Origin: Calditrichales bacterium
Lineage (GTDB): Bacteria; Calditrichota; Calditrichia; Calditrichales; J004
Direction of reading: 5' to 3'
NCBI GenBank assembly: GCA_965267575.1
Contig: OZ254086.1
Span: 192,001 to 256,000 of the forward strand
DNA: 64,000 nt
Shown here: positions 29,689 through 39,713 of the stretch, piece after piece
Numbering within the stretch: the first letter of the stretch is position 1
Layout: the number at the start of each line of letters is the position of its first letter
Made by a program: the position numbers and the translations under genes
The notes under the pieces: model-generated
Database searches by the model: none
Seen by the model: only the letters and a program-made list of their open reading frames with translations
Told to the model about the DNA's origin: nothing

Positions 29689-30999
29689 ATGTCACAACTC
29701 ATTCTTCGCAACGCGCTGATCGTAACCATGAATAAAAATGGTGATGTTTTCAGCGGCGACATACTTGTTAATAACGATCGCATTGCAGATGTTGCGCCAA
29801 ACATCCGTGTGCCCGGTGCAGCCATTTTTAACGCACAGAATTTGCTGGTGCTTCCCGGATTCGTACAAACACACATCCATTTGTGCCAGACACTTTTCCG
29901 CAACCTGGCCGATGACCTTTCGCTGCTGGACTGGCTGCGGCAAAAAATATGGCCCTACGAGGCGGCGCATACACCGGAAACGCTGCGCTTGAGTGCCCGA
30001 CTGGGTCTGGCAGAACTCATTCGCTGCGGAACCACCAGCATCATGGATATGGGAACGGTGCATCACCAGGATGTTATTTTTGAAGAGCTGGCCCAAAGCG
30101 GCATGCGCGCTTTTGCCGGCAAAACGATGATGGATTACGGACGCAGCGTAGCGGCGCTGGAAGAAAGTACAAAGTTCAGCCTGGATGAAAGCAATCGCCT
30201 GCAAAAAACATGGGATGGTTTTGACAACGGCCGTTTACGCTATGCCTACGCGCCGCGCTTTGCGCTTTCCTGCTCGGAAGAGTTGCTGCAGGAAGTAACC
30301 CGTCTGTGCCGCAGTCACAATACCCGTTTTCATACGCATGCCTCGGAAAACAGGCAGGAAATCGAATTGGTGCACAAGCGCTTTGGCAAACGCAACATCG
30401 AGGTGTTTGAAGGCCTGGGGGCGGCGGCGGACAATCTCTGCCTCGCGCATTGTATCTGGCTCAACGAAGCCGAAAAGGAGATCATGCGCGAGCGCGGCGT
30501 GCATGTGCTGCACTGCCCTTCCTCCAACCTTAAGCTGGCTTCGGGGATCGCGACCATCCCGGAATTACAGAAAATGGGCATCAATGTGTCGTTGGGTGCG
30601 GACGGTGCCCCCTGCAACAACAACCTCAATATTTTCCAGGAAATGCGGCTGGCGGCGCTGATACAAAAACCGCAACACGGGGCGGATTGCATGCCGGCAG
30701 AACAGGTGCTGCGTATGGCGACGATCGCAGGGGCCAAAGCGTTAGGCCTGGAAGGCGAAACGGGAAGCATCGAAAGCGGCAAAAAGGCCGATCTAACTTT
30801 TCTCAAATTAAATCAAGTTCATTCAATTCCATTCGACAATGTGTACTCAAAAATTGTATATTCCGCAAGCGCTCACGACGTATCGCACGTAATGATAAAC
30901 GGCACATGGGTCATGCAGGACAGAAAGCTGCTAACCATTGATGAGCCCGCGATCTATCGCGATATTGAAAAAAGCGTGCGCGCGGTAACCGGCACATAA
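29689..30999 (+). CDS. Amidohydrolase, 5'-deoxyadenosine/MTA/SAH deaminase family
   Basis: PGFVQTHIH, HTHASE, HCPSSNLKLASG, LGADG..CNN. Confidence 0.85.
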   Translation: MSQLILRNALIVTMNKNGDVFSGDILVNNDRIADVAPNIRVPGAAIFNAQNLLVLPGFVQTHIHLCQTLFRNLADDLSLLDWLRQKIWPYEAAHTPETLRLSARLGLAELIRCGTTSIMDMGTVHHQDVIFEELAQSGMRAFAGKTMMDYGRSVAALEESTKFSLDESNRLQKTWDGFDNGRLRYAYAPRFALSCSEELLQEVTRLCRSHNTRFHTHASENRQEIELVHKRFGKRNIEVFEGLGAAADNLCLAHCIWLNEAEKEIMRERGVHVLHCPSSNLKLASGIATIPELQKMGINVSLGADGAPCNNNLNIFQEMRLAALIQKPQHGADCMPAEQVLRMATIAGAKALGLEGETGSIESGKKADLTFLKLNQVHSIPFDNVYSKIVYSASAHDVSHVMINGTWVMQDRKLLTIDEPAIYRDIEKSVRAVTGT

Positions 31000-31013
31000 A
31001 AACGGAGATCTCT

Positions 31014-31976
31014 ATGCCAAAGCTAAAAACCGCTATTTTGTTAGCCGCAATATTTGGCCTTATTTCCTGCGGAGGTACCAAAAAAGACGAAATCGATCTG
31101 GCAACGATTACCGATCAGGAACTGTTGGAAAAAAGTCGCACGGCCCTGCAGCAGGGGAACTACAAACGTGCTGTTGAACTGGACAGTCTTTTGCTTACCA
31201 ATTTCCCCACTTCCAACCTGCATATCGAAGCCCAGCTGAACATGGCTGAAGCTTACGGTTATTTGGAAAAATGGGAAAAGCAGTATGGATTGCTGCACAG
31301 GCTGGTTAAGGAAAACATTATCCCGGAGCAAGTACCACGTATCTACGTTCAGATGGGTAAATTCTACGAAAAGGCCGCGCGTTTCAATCCCGGAACGGTA
31401 AGCAGCGACACGGTGGATTATAAAAACGCGCTGAAATACTATGAACTGGCCCGTGTCTACCAGGACAGCGAAGACGCACAGGCCAAAGCCAGCGCTTTGT
31501 ATCGAAAAGCCCTGGTTCACGCCAAGCTTGGACAGACAACGGAAGCTATCGAATTATACCAGGAACTGGAACGCGTCTATCCCAGCACGAATTACTCTGT
31601 TCTGGCAAAGATCAAATTACAGGATCCCGCCGATACGGGCGAGCTGGCAATGACCGATTCGGCCATGACGGTTTACCGTGACCGCCTTGGTCTCGAAGAA
31701 AGCACCGCGGTTGAAGCAGAACAGCCTGTTGTTGAAGAAGCAGGGCCGCAGCAACCCGCCGCACAGGACGATGAGAACCTGGAGGGTTTGATAGAACAAA
31801 CCGCGCCCGGCGCAGCACAAGATGTTCCGGCTGACACAACGGCCGACACACCTTCTGAAACACCGGATGAAATGCCTGCGGAATCACCGGAAGAATTGCC
31901 AACGGAAGAAGCGCCTGCCGATACCGGCGCAACCCAGCCGCCCACAGCCGCACCGGATACCAGCGGAACATTTTAA
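31014..31976 (+). CDS. TPR lipoprotein with acidic Pro/Ala/Thr-rich tail
   Basis: Lipobox LISC; BamD/CpoB-like TPR helices; low-complexity C-terminus. Confidence 0.75.
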   Translation: MPKLKTAILLAAIFGLISCGGTKKDEIDLATITDQELLEKSRTALQQGNYKRAVELDSLLLTNFPTSNLHIEAQLNMAEAYGYLEKWEKQYGLLHRLVKENIIPEQVPRIYVQMGKFYEKAARFNPGTVSSDTVDYKNALKYYELARVYQDSEDAQAKASALYRKALVHAKLGQTTEAIELYQELERVYPSTNYSVLAKIKLQDPADTGELAMTDSAMTVYRDRLGLEESTAVEAEQPVVEEAGPQQPAAQDDENLEGLIEQTAPGAAQDVPADTTADTPSETPDEMPAESPEELPTEEAPADTGATQPPTAAPDTSGTF

Positions 31977-31988
31977 AACAGAACAGGA

Positions 31989-32579
31989 ATGTTGATCGCC
32001 GTCGGAACCAAAAATAAAGCCAAACTAAAGGCCTGTCGCAATGCGCTTAATAAATTAAGCGACGTATTTCCTGAGCTGCCTGATCCGGATGAAATTGAGA
32101 TTAATGCTTTTAGTGCAGAATCCGGTGTTGCCGACATGCCTCTCACACTTGACGAATTAAAAACAGGAGCCCGTAACAGGGCTCTTTTTGTTTTAAAACA
32201 GCCGGAACTGGCAAACCGCGACATTGATTTTGCCATCGGGATGGAGGGCGGCGTCTATCGGATAGGAGAAGATGGGAGCGCCTTTTTACAAAGTTGGGTA
32301 TATGCCTGGCATAATGGTCGCGGCTTTTACGGATGCTCCGCCGGACTGCCCATTCCCGCCGCCATCGCCCGCGAGCTGTTCGAAAATAAAAGGGAGCTGG
32401 CTGATGTAATTGACGCCTTCTCCGGCAAAAAGGATGTGCGCTCCAAAGAAGGGGCCTACGGCATCCTGAGCCGCAACATCTATACACGCAGTCACGCCTT
32501 CGAAAGCGCCATCGTAAACGCCATGGTGCCCTTTCTCAACCAAACATATTACGGAAATGATTATGAGACCGGACCTTGA
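31989..32579 (+). CDS. Inosine/xanthosine triphosphatase (YjjX/DUF84 family)
   Basis: VGTKN.AK, SGV.DMP, GARNRA, IGMEGG, GAYGILS. Confidence 0.85.
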   Translation: MLIAVGTKNKAKLKACRNALNKLSDVFPELPDPDEIEINAFSAESGVADMPLTLDELKTGARNRALFVLKQPELANRDIDFAIGMEGGVYRIGEDGSAFLQSWVYAWHNGRGFYGCSAGLPIPAAIARELFENKRELADVIDAFSGKKDVRSKEGAYGILSRNIYTRSHAFESAIVNAMVPFLNQTYYGNDYETGP

Positions 32580-33591
32580 AACAATCAAAAAAATGCCCAA
32601 AACCGACCTGCACGTGCACCTCGACGGCAGCCTGCGTATAGACACGGTTCTGGAGCTGGCCGAGCAGCAAAAGATAAAACTGCCGGAAGAAAACCCCGAT
32701 AAGCTCAAAAAGATACTGGTACCCGGCATTCACTGTAAAAGCCTGGTGGAATACCTGAAGCCTTTCGACATCACCCTCTCCGTATTGCAGCAGGAAGACG
32801 CCCTGCGCCGTGTGGCCTTTGAACTGGCCGAAGACGCGGCAAAGGAAAACGTGTGGCATCTGGAGGTGCGTTACTCCCCTATTCTGCATACACAAAAAGG
32901 CCTAAAAATGCCGCAGATTGTGGAAGCGGTTAAAGCCGGACTGAACGAAGCGGAAAAGAAATATCCCATTCAATGCGGGATCATTATCTGCGGCATGCGC
33001 AATATCAATCCGCAAACATCAATGGCACTGGCCGAACTGACGGTAGCCTACAAACACAAAGGGGTTGTCGCTTTTGACCTTGCCGGCGCCGAGGAAAATT
33101 TCCCCGCCAAGGACCACCGCGAAGCTTTTTACCTGACGCTCAATAATAATATCAACTGTACGGCCCATGCCGGCGAAGCTTTCGGCCCGGAAAGCATTCA
33201 CCAGGCGATCCATTACTGCGGTGCCCACCGTATAGGCCACGGCACGCGCCTAAAGGAAGACGGCGATCTGCTGAATTACGTAAACGACCATCGCATCCCC
33301 CTGGAAGTCTGCCTGACCAGCAATATCCAGACCAAGGCCGCCATGAGTTTTGAATCGCATCCGTTAAAATTTTACTACGATTACGGCTTGCGCATCACCA
33401 TCAACACGGACAGCCGGCTTATCTCCGACACAACGGTCTCGCAAGAACTTTACCGCGCGGCCAAATACGCCGATCTGGGCATGGATGATATCAAAAAGAT
33501 TATAATAAGCGGATTTAAAAGTGCCTTTATCCCGATTCGGGAAAAGAAGATTTTGCTAAAGAAGGTACGCGCGGAACTGGAAAAATTTTAG
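32557..33591 (+). CDS. add: Adenosine deaminase
   Basis: PKTDLHVHLDGS, DLAGAE, HAGEA, RIGHG, EVCLTSN, INTD. Confidence 0.93.
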   Translation: MIMRPDLETIKKMPKTDLHVHLDGSLRIDTVLELAEQQKIKLPEENPDKLKKILVPGIHCKSLVEYLKPFDITLSVLQQEDALRRVAFELAEDAAKENVWHLEVRYSPILHTQKGLKMPQIVEAVKAGLNEAEKKYPIQCGIIICGMRNINPQTSMALAELTVAYKHKGVVAFDLAGAEENFPAKDHREAFYLTLNNNINCTAHAGEAFGPESIHQAIHYCGAHRIGHGTRLKEDGDLLNYVNDHRIPLEVCLTSNIQTKAAMSFESHPLKFYYDYGLRITINTDSRLISDTTVSQELYRAAKYADLGMDDIKKIIISGFKSAFIPIREKKILLKKVRAELEKF

Positions 33592-33818
33592 CTTTTCCAC
33601 AGCTCCTTCAGGCGCTTACGGATACGCGCCATCCAGCCCGGTTTGAACAAAGCGATGGCCAGCAGAAGGAATAAGAAGCCCGGCAGGATCGGGATAACAA
33701 AGCCCAAAAGCGCCAAAAGCAGCAACAGAAAGGCCCAGCTGTATTTTTTGCGGGAGAAAGAACGGATGTCTTCAGATAGGGGCTTTTTCCAGGATTGCAT
33801 GGATTGATTATTATTCAT
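33588..33818 (-). CDS. Small membrane hypothetical protein
   Basis: 76 aa with LGFVIPILPG hairpin-type TM segment; downstream of bshC. Confidence 0.6.
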   Translation of the reverse strand: MNNNQSMQSWKKPLSEDIRSFSRKKYSWAFLLLLLALLGFVIPILPGFLFLLLAIALFKPGWMARIRKRLKELWKS

Positions 33819-33836
33819 ATGGTTTCGTCTCGGTTT

Positions 33837-35453
33837 TCACAACTGTACGCATTGATGCTTCGAAAAGTTCTCCATATTTAGCTGCTGTTGCAGTGTTTCG
33901 ATAAAGCCCCTGCCATATTTATTAAAAAAGTAAACAGCGCCCAAAACACGCTCCTGTGGCGCGTTGCCCGGCAGCAAGGCTTCATGTAAGGCGCGCAGGT
34001 GTTTTTGGGTCTGCTTTTCCTTTTCTTCAACCCGTTGTAACAGACGCCCCTGAAATTTCTCCAGATTGTGCTGCATGCTCTGAAACGTTTTTTCCAGCGG
34101 CTTTTGCATAGTGGGGTCAATCTCATCCACAAAGGCGGACAATTTTTCCTGCGTCTCGCCGGCCATTCTATTGTATTCATCAAACAGACGGGTTAAGCCG
34201 GAGTAGGCCCGTTTACTGAAATAGTCCTGCAGAAACTCTTCCACATCCGCGGGTATCTCCATCACATCAAGATCGTATTTTTCCAGCAGACGCTCGGTCT
34301 TTGGCTCCAGGAGTGTTACACTATGGCGCGGCTGAATGTGCGGCATCTCCAGTCCAAAAAGATCAAAAGCCGGTTTAAGCTGCGCCCAGTATGCCACTTC
34401 AGCAGGACCGGCCACATACGAAATCGTCGGCAACAGGTAAGATTGCCATAAGGGTCGCGTCAGCACCGTCGAGGAAAACCACTGCGGATTCTCGTCAAGC
34501 ATTTTCAGCATGTCCGATTGCGAAAACGCTTTGTCGTGGTCTTTGAGACGGAAACCGTCCTCCCGGCGAAGAAGCGCCTCGCGGCCACCGCCCTGATAGC
34601 TTACAAAAAGCCAGGCTCGGTCCTCGAGGAAATGGACCTGGTTGTCATACCCCGCATCCTGCACTTTTTGTGATTGCTCGCGGAAGGCGGCGCACATGGC
34701 ATCATTTTCCGCAAGTGTTCCGGCGAAGAAATCCCTGCTAGATTGCTTGATAGATGTGCTGCCGTTATTAAAGTGCAACAAACCGCTGCCGCGCAGGATG
34801 TAGTGTAAAAGTTCCGAAAACGCCTGCAGCCAGTTTTTGCCCGGCTGCCAGGCATCGCGCAGTTTTTGCAAAAGCTCCGCTTTGAAATCCGTCTCCTGAA
34901 GGCTGTTTTCAATTTCATCAAGGACCGCTTTTATTTCTTCCGGCACCTCGCGGCGGTTCAGCGAATAGCCTTTGTGACGCGTATCTTCTTCAAGTTGCCA
35001 GCGACGCAGTTCATTTTTTTCATCCCAAAGCGCCATTTTGGCCACTTCCTCAAAATCGTGATCTTCACCTTCCAGCCAGAACATCGGTAGAACCGTGTAG
35101 CCATTCAGTTCTTTATCCAGCTTTGCTGCCAGCTTTACGGCGGTAAGTGCCTTGTAAATCACGTAAAGCGGCGATACAGTCATGCCCAGTTGCTGTCCGC
35201 TGACGACAAAAAGAGTCTTGCCCTTTTCAATGCGCTCAAGGTTTTCTTTTAAGGCGGGATCGTTTTCTGCGGCCGCCTCGTTCTGCCTGATCACCTCGTC
35301 CAACACTTCGTTCTTTTTATGCTTGTCCAAAACGCCTTTGGCTAACTCCGTCCATTGCGGTCGGAGCGGTTGCGCGTAAAGCCTGCGTACTTTTTCCTTT
35401 TGATCAATATAATCCTGGTTTTGTTCGTTTTGGCCGTAAAATGCGGGATTCAT
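33837..35453 (-). CDS. bshC: Bacillithiol biosynthesis cysteine-adding enzyme BshC
   Basis: VSGQQ.G, PLY.IYK, FWLEGEDHDFEE, YVAGPAEVAYWAQL, PQER. Confidence 0.92.
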   Translation of the reverse strand: MNPAFYGQNEQNQDYIDQKEKVRRLYAQPLRPQWTELAKGVLDKHKKNEVLDEVIRQNEAAAENDPALKENLERIEKGKTLFVVSGQQLGMTVSPLYVIYKALTAVKLAAKLDKELNGYTVLPMFWLEGEDHDFEEVAKMALWDEKNELRRWQLEEDTRHKGYSLNRREVPEEIKAVLDEIENSLQETDFKAELLQKLRDAWQPGKNWLQAFSELLHYILRGSGLLHFNNGSTSIKQSSRDFFAGTLAENDAMCAAFREQSQKVQDAGYDNQVHFLEDRAWLFVSYQGGGREALLRREDGFRLKDHDKAFSQSDMLKMLDENPQWFSSTVLTRPLWQSYLLPTISYVAGPAEVAYWAQLKPAFDLFGLEMPHIQPRHSVTLLEPKTERLLEKYDLDVMEIPADVEEFLQDYFSKRAYSGLTRLFDEYNRMAGETQEKLSAFVDEIDPTMQKPLEKTFQSMQHNLEKFQGRLLQRVEEKEKQTQKHLRALHEALLPGNAPQERVLGAVYFFNKYGRGFIETLQQQLNMENFSKHQCVQL

Positions 35454-36202
35454 TATGCTTTCTCTTTCCGCGCAAACAGGATCATGCGCTTGCTTTCTTT
35501 TTTAAAAGGTGAGCCGTCGTATGAGCCGCAGACCTTATTTACCTTCAGGTGATTGCGCGCCAGCATCTCCTGTAATTCCTGCAGTTCAAACATGCGTACA
35601 GATTCGTGGAAGTCCCGGATCTCCCCGCTGTCTTCAATGCGTATATTTTTATGAACGCGTCCACCGGATATCCAGCGCTCCTCTTGCACTTCCACCTCTC
35701 CCACCAGGCGCGCGCCTTGAGAAACCAAATTCGAACGTACATATTCCGGATTGAAGTAATCGATCACAAACTCTCCGCCCTCTTTCAAACTGCGCGCAAT
35801 TTCCCCGGCCACCAGTGTATGCTGGCTGTCATCTTCAAAGTAGCCAAACGAGGTGAATAAACTGACAATGGCATCAAAATGAATATCGAAGGGGAAAAAA
35901 CGCATATCGGCGCAGACAAAAGCAGGGTTTTTTTGAGAGGCATCCATGTTTTGGCGGGCTTCCAGCAGCAGGCGCAGCGACAGATCCAGCCCAAGGACGC
36001 GACAGCCTCTTTCGGCCAGGGCAAAAGCGTGGCGCCCGGTGCCGCAGGCTAGGTCCAATACAAACGCCCCCGGCCCGATATCCGAACCATCGAGAATCAG
36101 CTTTATCAGTCGGCGGGCATCATCGGCATCACGGTGCTTGTAAACCGTAAGATAATCTTCGCCAAACCACTCTTTGTACCAGTTTTTTTTATAGCCAGCC
36201 AT
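35453..36202 (-). CDS. Class I SAM-dependent methyltransferase, candidate N-methyl-bacillithiol synthase (NmbA-like)
   Basis: LDLACGTGRH, SLFTSFGYF. Start corrected to ATG 36202; its stop overlaps the bshC start (TAATG). Confidence 0.8.
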   Translation of the reverse strand: MAGYKKNWYKEWFGEDYLTVYKHRDADDARRLIKLILDGSDIGPGAFVLDLACGTGRHAFALAERGCRVLGLDLSLRLLLEARQNMDASQKNPAFVCADMRFFPFDIHFDAIVSLFTSFGYFEDDSQHTLVAGEIARSLKEGGEFVIDYFNPEYVRSNLVSQGARLVGEVEVQEERWISGGRVHKNIRIEDSGEIRDFHESVRMFELQELQEMLARNHLKVNKVCGSYDGSPFKKESKRMILFARKEKA

Positions 36203-37169
36203 GCTGCTTATACCAGGCCAGTGTCTCTTTAATGCCCTGTTCCAGGCTGATTGTCTCGTCGAAATCCAGCAGCACACGGGCTTTACGGCTGCTGCAAATC
36301 CAGAAATCGGGTTCCATCTCCAAAACCTTCTGGCGGTTAATGATCGTGCTGCTGCCGCTGATTTTCGCAATGCCTTCAGAAATCCCTGCTATGGCGCGTA
36401 CCAGGGGCATCGGCACAGGAACTTCTATGGCTTTTTTGCCCAGCACCTGCATGACAATGTGCGCGATTTCGCGCCAGGCCACCGGCCTTTTATTGGCGAC
36501 AAAAAATATCTCCCCTGCTGCCTTATCGTTTGTAGCCGCCAGCATTAGCCCTTTAACCAGGTCATCAACATGGATAATGCTGGTATATTTGTCCTGTCCT
36601 CCCACTTTCGGGACAATGCCCATTTTGACCGTTTTAAAAAATTCCAAAACATCTGTGTCCCTCGGTCCGTAGACAACGGGTGGCAAAACAACCGTCCAGG
36701 AAAGTTTTTTTCCTTCGGATTGCAGATAGCGCTGCGCCTTCAGTTTGCTGTGGCCGTAGTCCGTCAGCGGTCGGGGAATACTTTCTTCGTCGATGGGCTC
36801 CAATCCGGCGCTTGGGCCGTAGGCAGCCTGCGTGCCGGTAAAAACAAGGCGCTTCAGTTTACGATTGTTTTGCAACAGCGCGTCAACAAGGTTCTTTGTG
36901 GCTGTAAAATTGCCTTCTTCGTAGGCGCTGCTGTCGCGGCCCTTGGTAATACCGGCAAGGTGATAGACAACATCCATATCCTTAACAAGCGGATCAAGCG
37001 TTTCACGGCGGGTCAGTTCCCCGTAAACGAGTCGCACGTTAAGATCGGAAATCCAGCGCAGGTTACTGGAAGAGCGGACCAGGCAAAATACTTCGTGTTT
37101 CTGGCCGGAAAGCTGTTCGGCAAGGGCGCTGCCGATAAAGCCGGTGGCGCCTGTAATTAAAATTTTCAT
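36189..37169 (-). CDS. NAD-dependent epimerase/dehydratase-family SDR (candidate ceramide reductase)
   Basis: TGATGFIG, YGHSK, VYGPRD; divergent from the spt-like gene. Confidence 0.8.
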   Translation of the reverse strand: MKILITGATGFIGSALAEQLSGQKHEVFCLVRSSSNLRWISDLNVRLVYGELTRRETLDPLVKDMDVVYHLAGITKGRDSSAYEEGNFTATKNLVDALLQNNRKLKRLVFTGTQAAYGPSAGLEPIDEESIPRPLTDYGHSKLKAQRYLQSEGKKLSWTVVLPPVVYGPRDTDVLEFFKTVKMGIVPKVGGQDKYTSIIHVDDLVKGLMLAATNDKAAGEIFFVANKRPVAWREIAHIVMQVLGKKAIEVPVPMPLVRAIAGISEGIAKISGSSTIINRQKVLEMEPDFWICSSRKARVLLDFDETISLEQGIKETLAWYKQHGWL

Positions 37170-37364
37170 TATATTTTATTTTTCCATTATCTTAGGGCTT
37201 GAAAATCGTGGAAAGTATCAATATATCAAAGCTCTACGTTAGCATTTGAGTTTAAAAAAGTTTGCACATTTTGGCAAACGCTTTTCGTAAATTGATGCGT
37301 TTCCCGAACGACCAAACTCGACCGACTATTTATAAGGAAATAGACGTTATACCGCGGAGGCTTT

Positions 37365-38552
37365 GTGGATATATTCACCAAGTGCAAGGAATACACGCGT
37401 GCTAAAGAAGCGATAGAGTCGGGGAATTTCCCCTATTTCATTCCGATTTCCGGTAATGATGGTCCTGTTGTAAAAATGAACGGTCACGAAGTAATTATGA
37501 TTGGTTCCAATAATTACCTCGGCCTTACGCAGGATCCACGTGTAATTGAAGCAGCAACAGAAGCTACACGAAAGTATGGCACCAGTTGCTCCGGATCGCG
37601 CTTTCTGAACGGTACGCTGGACTTACATATCAAGCTGGAAGAAGAGATCGCCCGTGTGATGAAGCGCGAAAAAGCGCTCATTTTCAGTACCGGCTACCAG
37701 ACCAACCTGGGCGCCATCTCTACGCTGGCCGGCAAAGACGACATAATCATCATCGATAAGTCCGACCACTCATCGATTTATACGGGAACCCGCGCCAGTT
37801 TCGGCGCCACTGTTAAACGCTATCGACATAACGACATGGAAGACCTGGAAAGGGTGATGTCCCAGCTTGAGCCGGACAAGGGCAAGCTGATCGTGAGCGA
37901 CGGTGTTTTCAGCATGGAAGGCGACCTGGTGCATCTTGGCGACCTGACGCGTATCGCCAAAAAATATAATGCCCGCGTCTACATAGATGAAGCCCACGGC
38001 GTTGGCGTCATGGGCAAAAACGGGCGTGGCAGCTGCGAATACCTTGGTCATGAGGAAGAAGTCGACCTGATCATGAGCACGTTCAGTAAATCGTTCGCGT
38101 CACTCGGCGGCTTTGTAGCTGGCCCGGCCGTCGTTATTGATTATTTGAAACACACCGCCAGTTCATTGATCTTCAGCGCCGCGCCGACACCGGCAGCCAC
38201 GGCCGCTGCCATGACATCATTAAAGATCATCGAGACCGAGCCGGAGCGCCGCGAACGCCTGCTGCAGATTGGCCACTATATGCGTAAGGAGCTGCAAAAC
38301 CTGGGCTTCGATACCGGTGAAAGCAATAGCACGCCCATCGTTCCGATTTATATTGGCGATGATGGTAAAACCTTTTACTTCTGGCGCCGATTGTTTGAAG
38401 AAGGCATCTATGTTAACGCCGTTGTAAGCCCTGCCGTGGCACCGGATAAAGCCTTGTTGCGAACAAGCTACATGGCCGTGCATACCGATGACCTTTTGGA
38501 CAAGTGCCTCGAAATGATGAACAAAATCGGCAAAGAGATCGGTGTCATCTGA
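37365..38552 (+). CDS. Alpha-oxoamine synthase, likely serine palmitoyltransferase
   Basis: GSNNYLGL, GSRFLNGT, SDGVFSMEGD, DEAH, TFSKSFAS.GG; coupled to a bCerS-like GNAT gene. Confidence 0.8.
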   Translation: MDIFTKCKEYTRAKEAIESGNFPYFIPISGNDGPVVKMNGHEVIMIGSNNYLGLTQDPRVIEAATEATRKYGTSCSGSRFLNGTLDLHIKLEEEIARVMKREKALIFSTGYQTNLGAISTLAGKDDIIIIDKSDHSSIYTGTRASFGATVKRYRHNDMEDLERVMSQLEPDKGKLIVSDGVFSMEGDLVHLGDLTRIAKKYNARVYIDEAHGVGVMGKNGRGSCEYLGHEEEVDLIMSTFSKSFASLGGFVAGPAVVIDYLKHTASSLIFSAAPTPAATAAAMTSLKIIETEPERRERLLQIGHYMRKELQNLGFDTGESNSTPIVPIYIGDDGKTFYFWRRLFEEGIYVNAVVSPAVAPDKALLRTSYMAVHTDDLLDKCLEMMNKIGKEIGVI

Positions 38553-39682
38553 TGGCAGTAACCGTAAAGCAGGTTTCCGGTAAAAAGGGGAAAAAGGCCT
38601 TCATTGATTATGAATGGACGGCCAACAAAAAGACTGAGAACTGGGTAAGCCCCCTGCGCATGGACAGGCAAAAAACGCTGGACACGGACAAAAACCCCTT
38701 TTTTGAGCATGCCGAGATTGCCTTATTCCTCGCTTATAAAGAAGATCGCATTTGCGGTCGGATCGCTGCAATCGTAAATAGAAACCACAATGTTTTCCAC
38801 AACGATGATGCCGGCTTTTGGGGTTTTTTTGACTGCGAGAACGACCAGCAGACGGCCGATGCCCTTTTTGATGCCGCAGGCCAGTGGCTGGAGAATAACA
38901 ATAAAAGCGAGATGATCGGACCTGTCGACCCTTCCACAAACGATCCTGCCGGCATGCTGATAGACGGATTTGACAGCCCGCCGTTTGTATTGATGCGCCA
39001 TAACCCGCCCTACTATCCTGAGCTTTGTGAAAACTACGGCATGGCCAAAGCCAAAGATCTTTACGCCTGGTATCTTGGTACGGAAGAAGCGTTTAACAAC
39101 ATCACGGAAAAGATGGAACGCGTTGCCGGCAAGATCATGGATAAGTACAATCTGACGATCCGCAATATCAAGCTCAAAGAATTAGACCAGGAGATCCTGA
39201 AAGTTAAAGAAGTATACAACAACGCCTGGAGCAAAAACTGGGGCTTTGTACCTTTCACCGATGCCGAGATAAACCACATCGCCGACGACTTGAAGCAGAT
39301 CGCCGACGAAGATTTGCTGTTCATGGCCGAAAAAGAAGGCAAGCCAATCGGCTTTAGCATCACACTGCCAAATATCAATGAAGTCCTGGCACGTATTCCG
39401 GATGGCAAATTGTTTCCTTCCGGCATCTTTAAGCTGCTTACCGGCCTCAAAAAGATCGAAACCGTTCGGGTTTTGATTTTAGGGGTTAACAAAGAATATC
39501 AGTTTCTGGGGCTGGGTTCTATATTCTACATACGCACGATTAAGAGAGCCTACGAAAAGGGCTACAAGGCCGGCGAAATGTCCTGGATCCTGGAAGACAA
39601 TCTTACCATGAACCGGGCGATAGAATCTTTGGGTTCCAAACTCTATAAAAAATACCGTATCTACGGCTATTCGCTGAAATAA
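38552..39682 (+). CDS. GNAT-family N-acyltransferase, bacterial ceramide synthase-like
   Basis: GRIAA, GP..PSTN...G.LIDGF..PP...M.HNPPYY, SWILEDN. Start at the TGATG overlap (38552). Confidence 0.75.
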   Translation: MAVTVKQVSGKKGKKAFIDYEWTANKKTENWVSPLRMDRQKTLDTDKNPFFEHAEIALFLAYKEDRICGRIAAIVNRNHNVFHNDDAGFWGFFDCENDQQTADALFDAAGQWLENNNKSEMIGPVDPSTNDPAGMLIDGFDSPPFVLMRHNPPYYPELCENYGMAKAKDLYAWYLGTEEAFNNITEKMERVAGKIMDKYNLTIRNIKLKELDQEILKVKEVYNNAWSKNWGFVPFTDAEINHIADDLKQIADEDLLFMAEKEGKPIGFSITLPNINEVLARIPDGKLFPSGIFKLLTGLKKIETVRVLILGVNKEYQFLGLGSIFYIRTIKRAYEKGYKAGEMSWILEDNLTMNRAIESLGSKLYKKYRIYGYSLK

Positions 39683-39710
39683 AAAAGCCCGGCATTCAAC
39701 CGGGCTTTTT
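39681..39710. terminator. Bidirectional intrinsic terminator
   Basis: AAAAAAGCCCGG-loop-CCGGGCTTTTT between convergent genes. Confidence 0.85.
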
Positions 39711-39713
39711 ATG

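Noticed and set aside
36203-36370. N-terminal extension of the methyltransferase ORF
   Set aside because: It lies inside the epimerase gene in another frame; ATG 36202 fits better.
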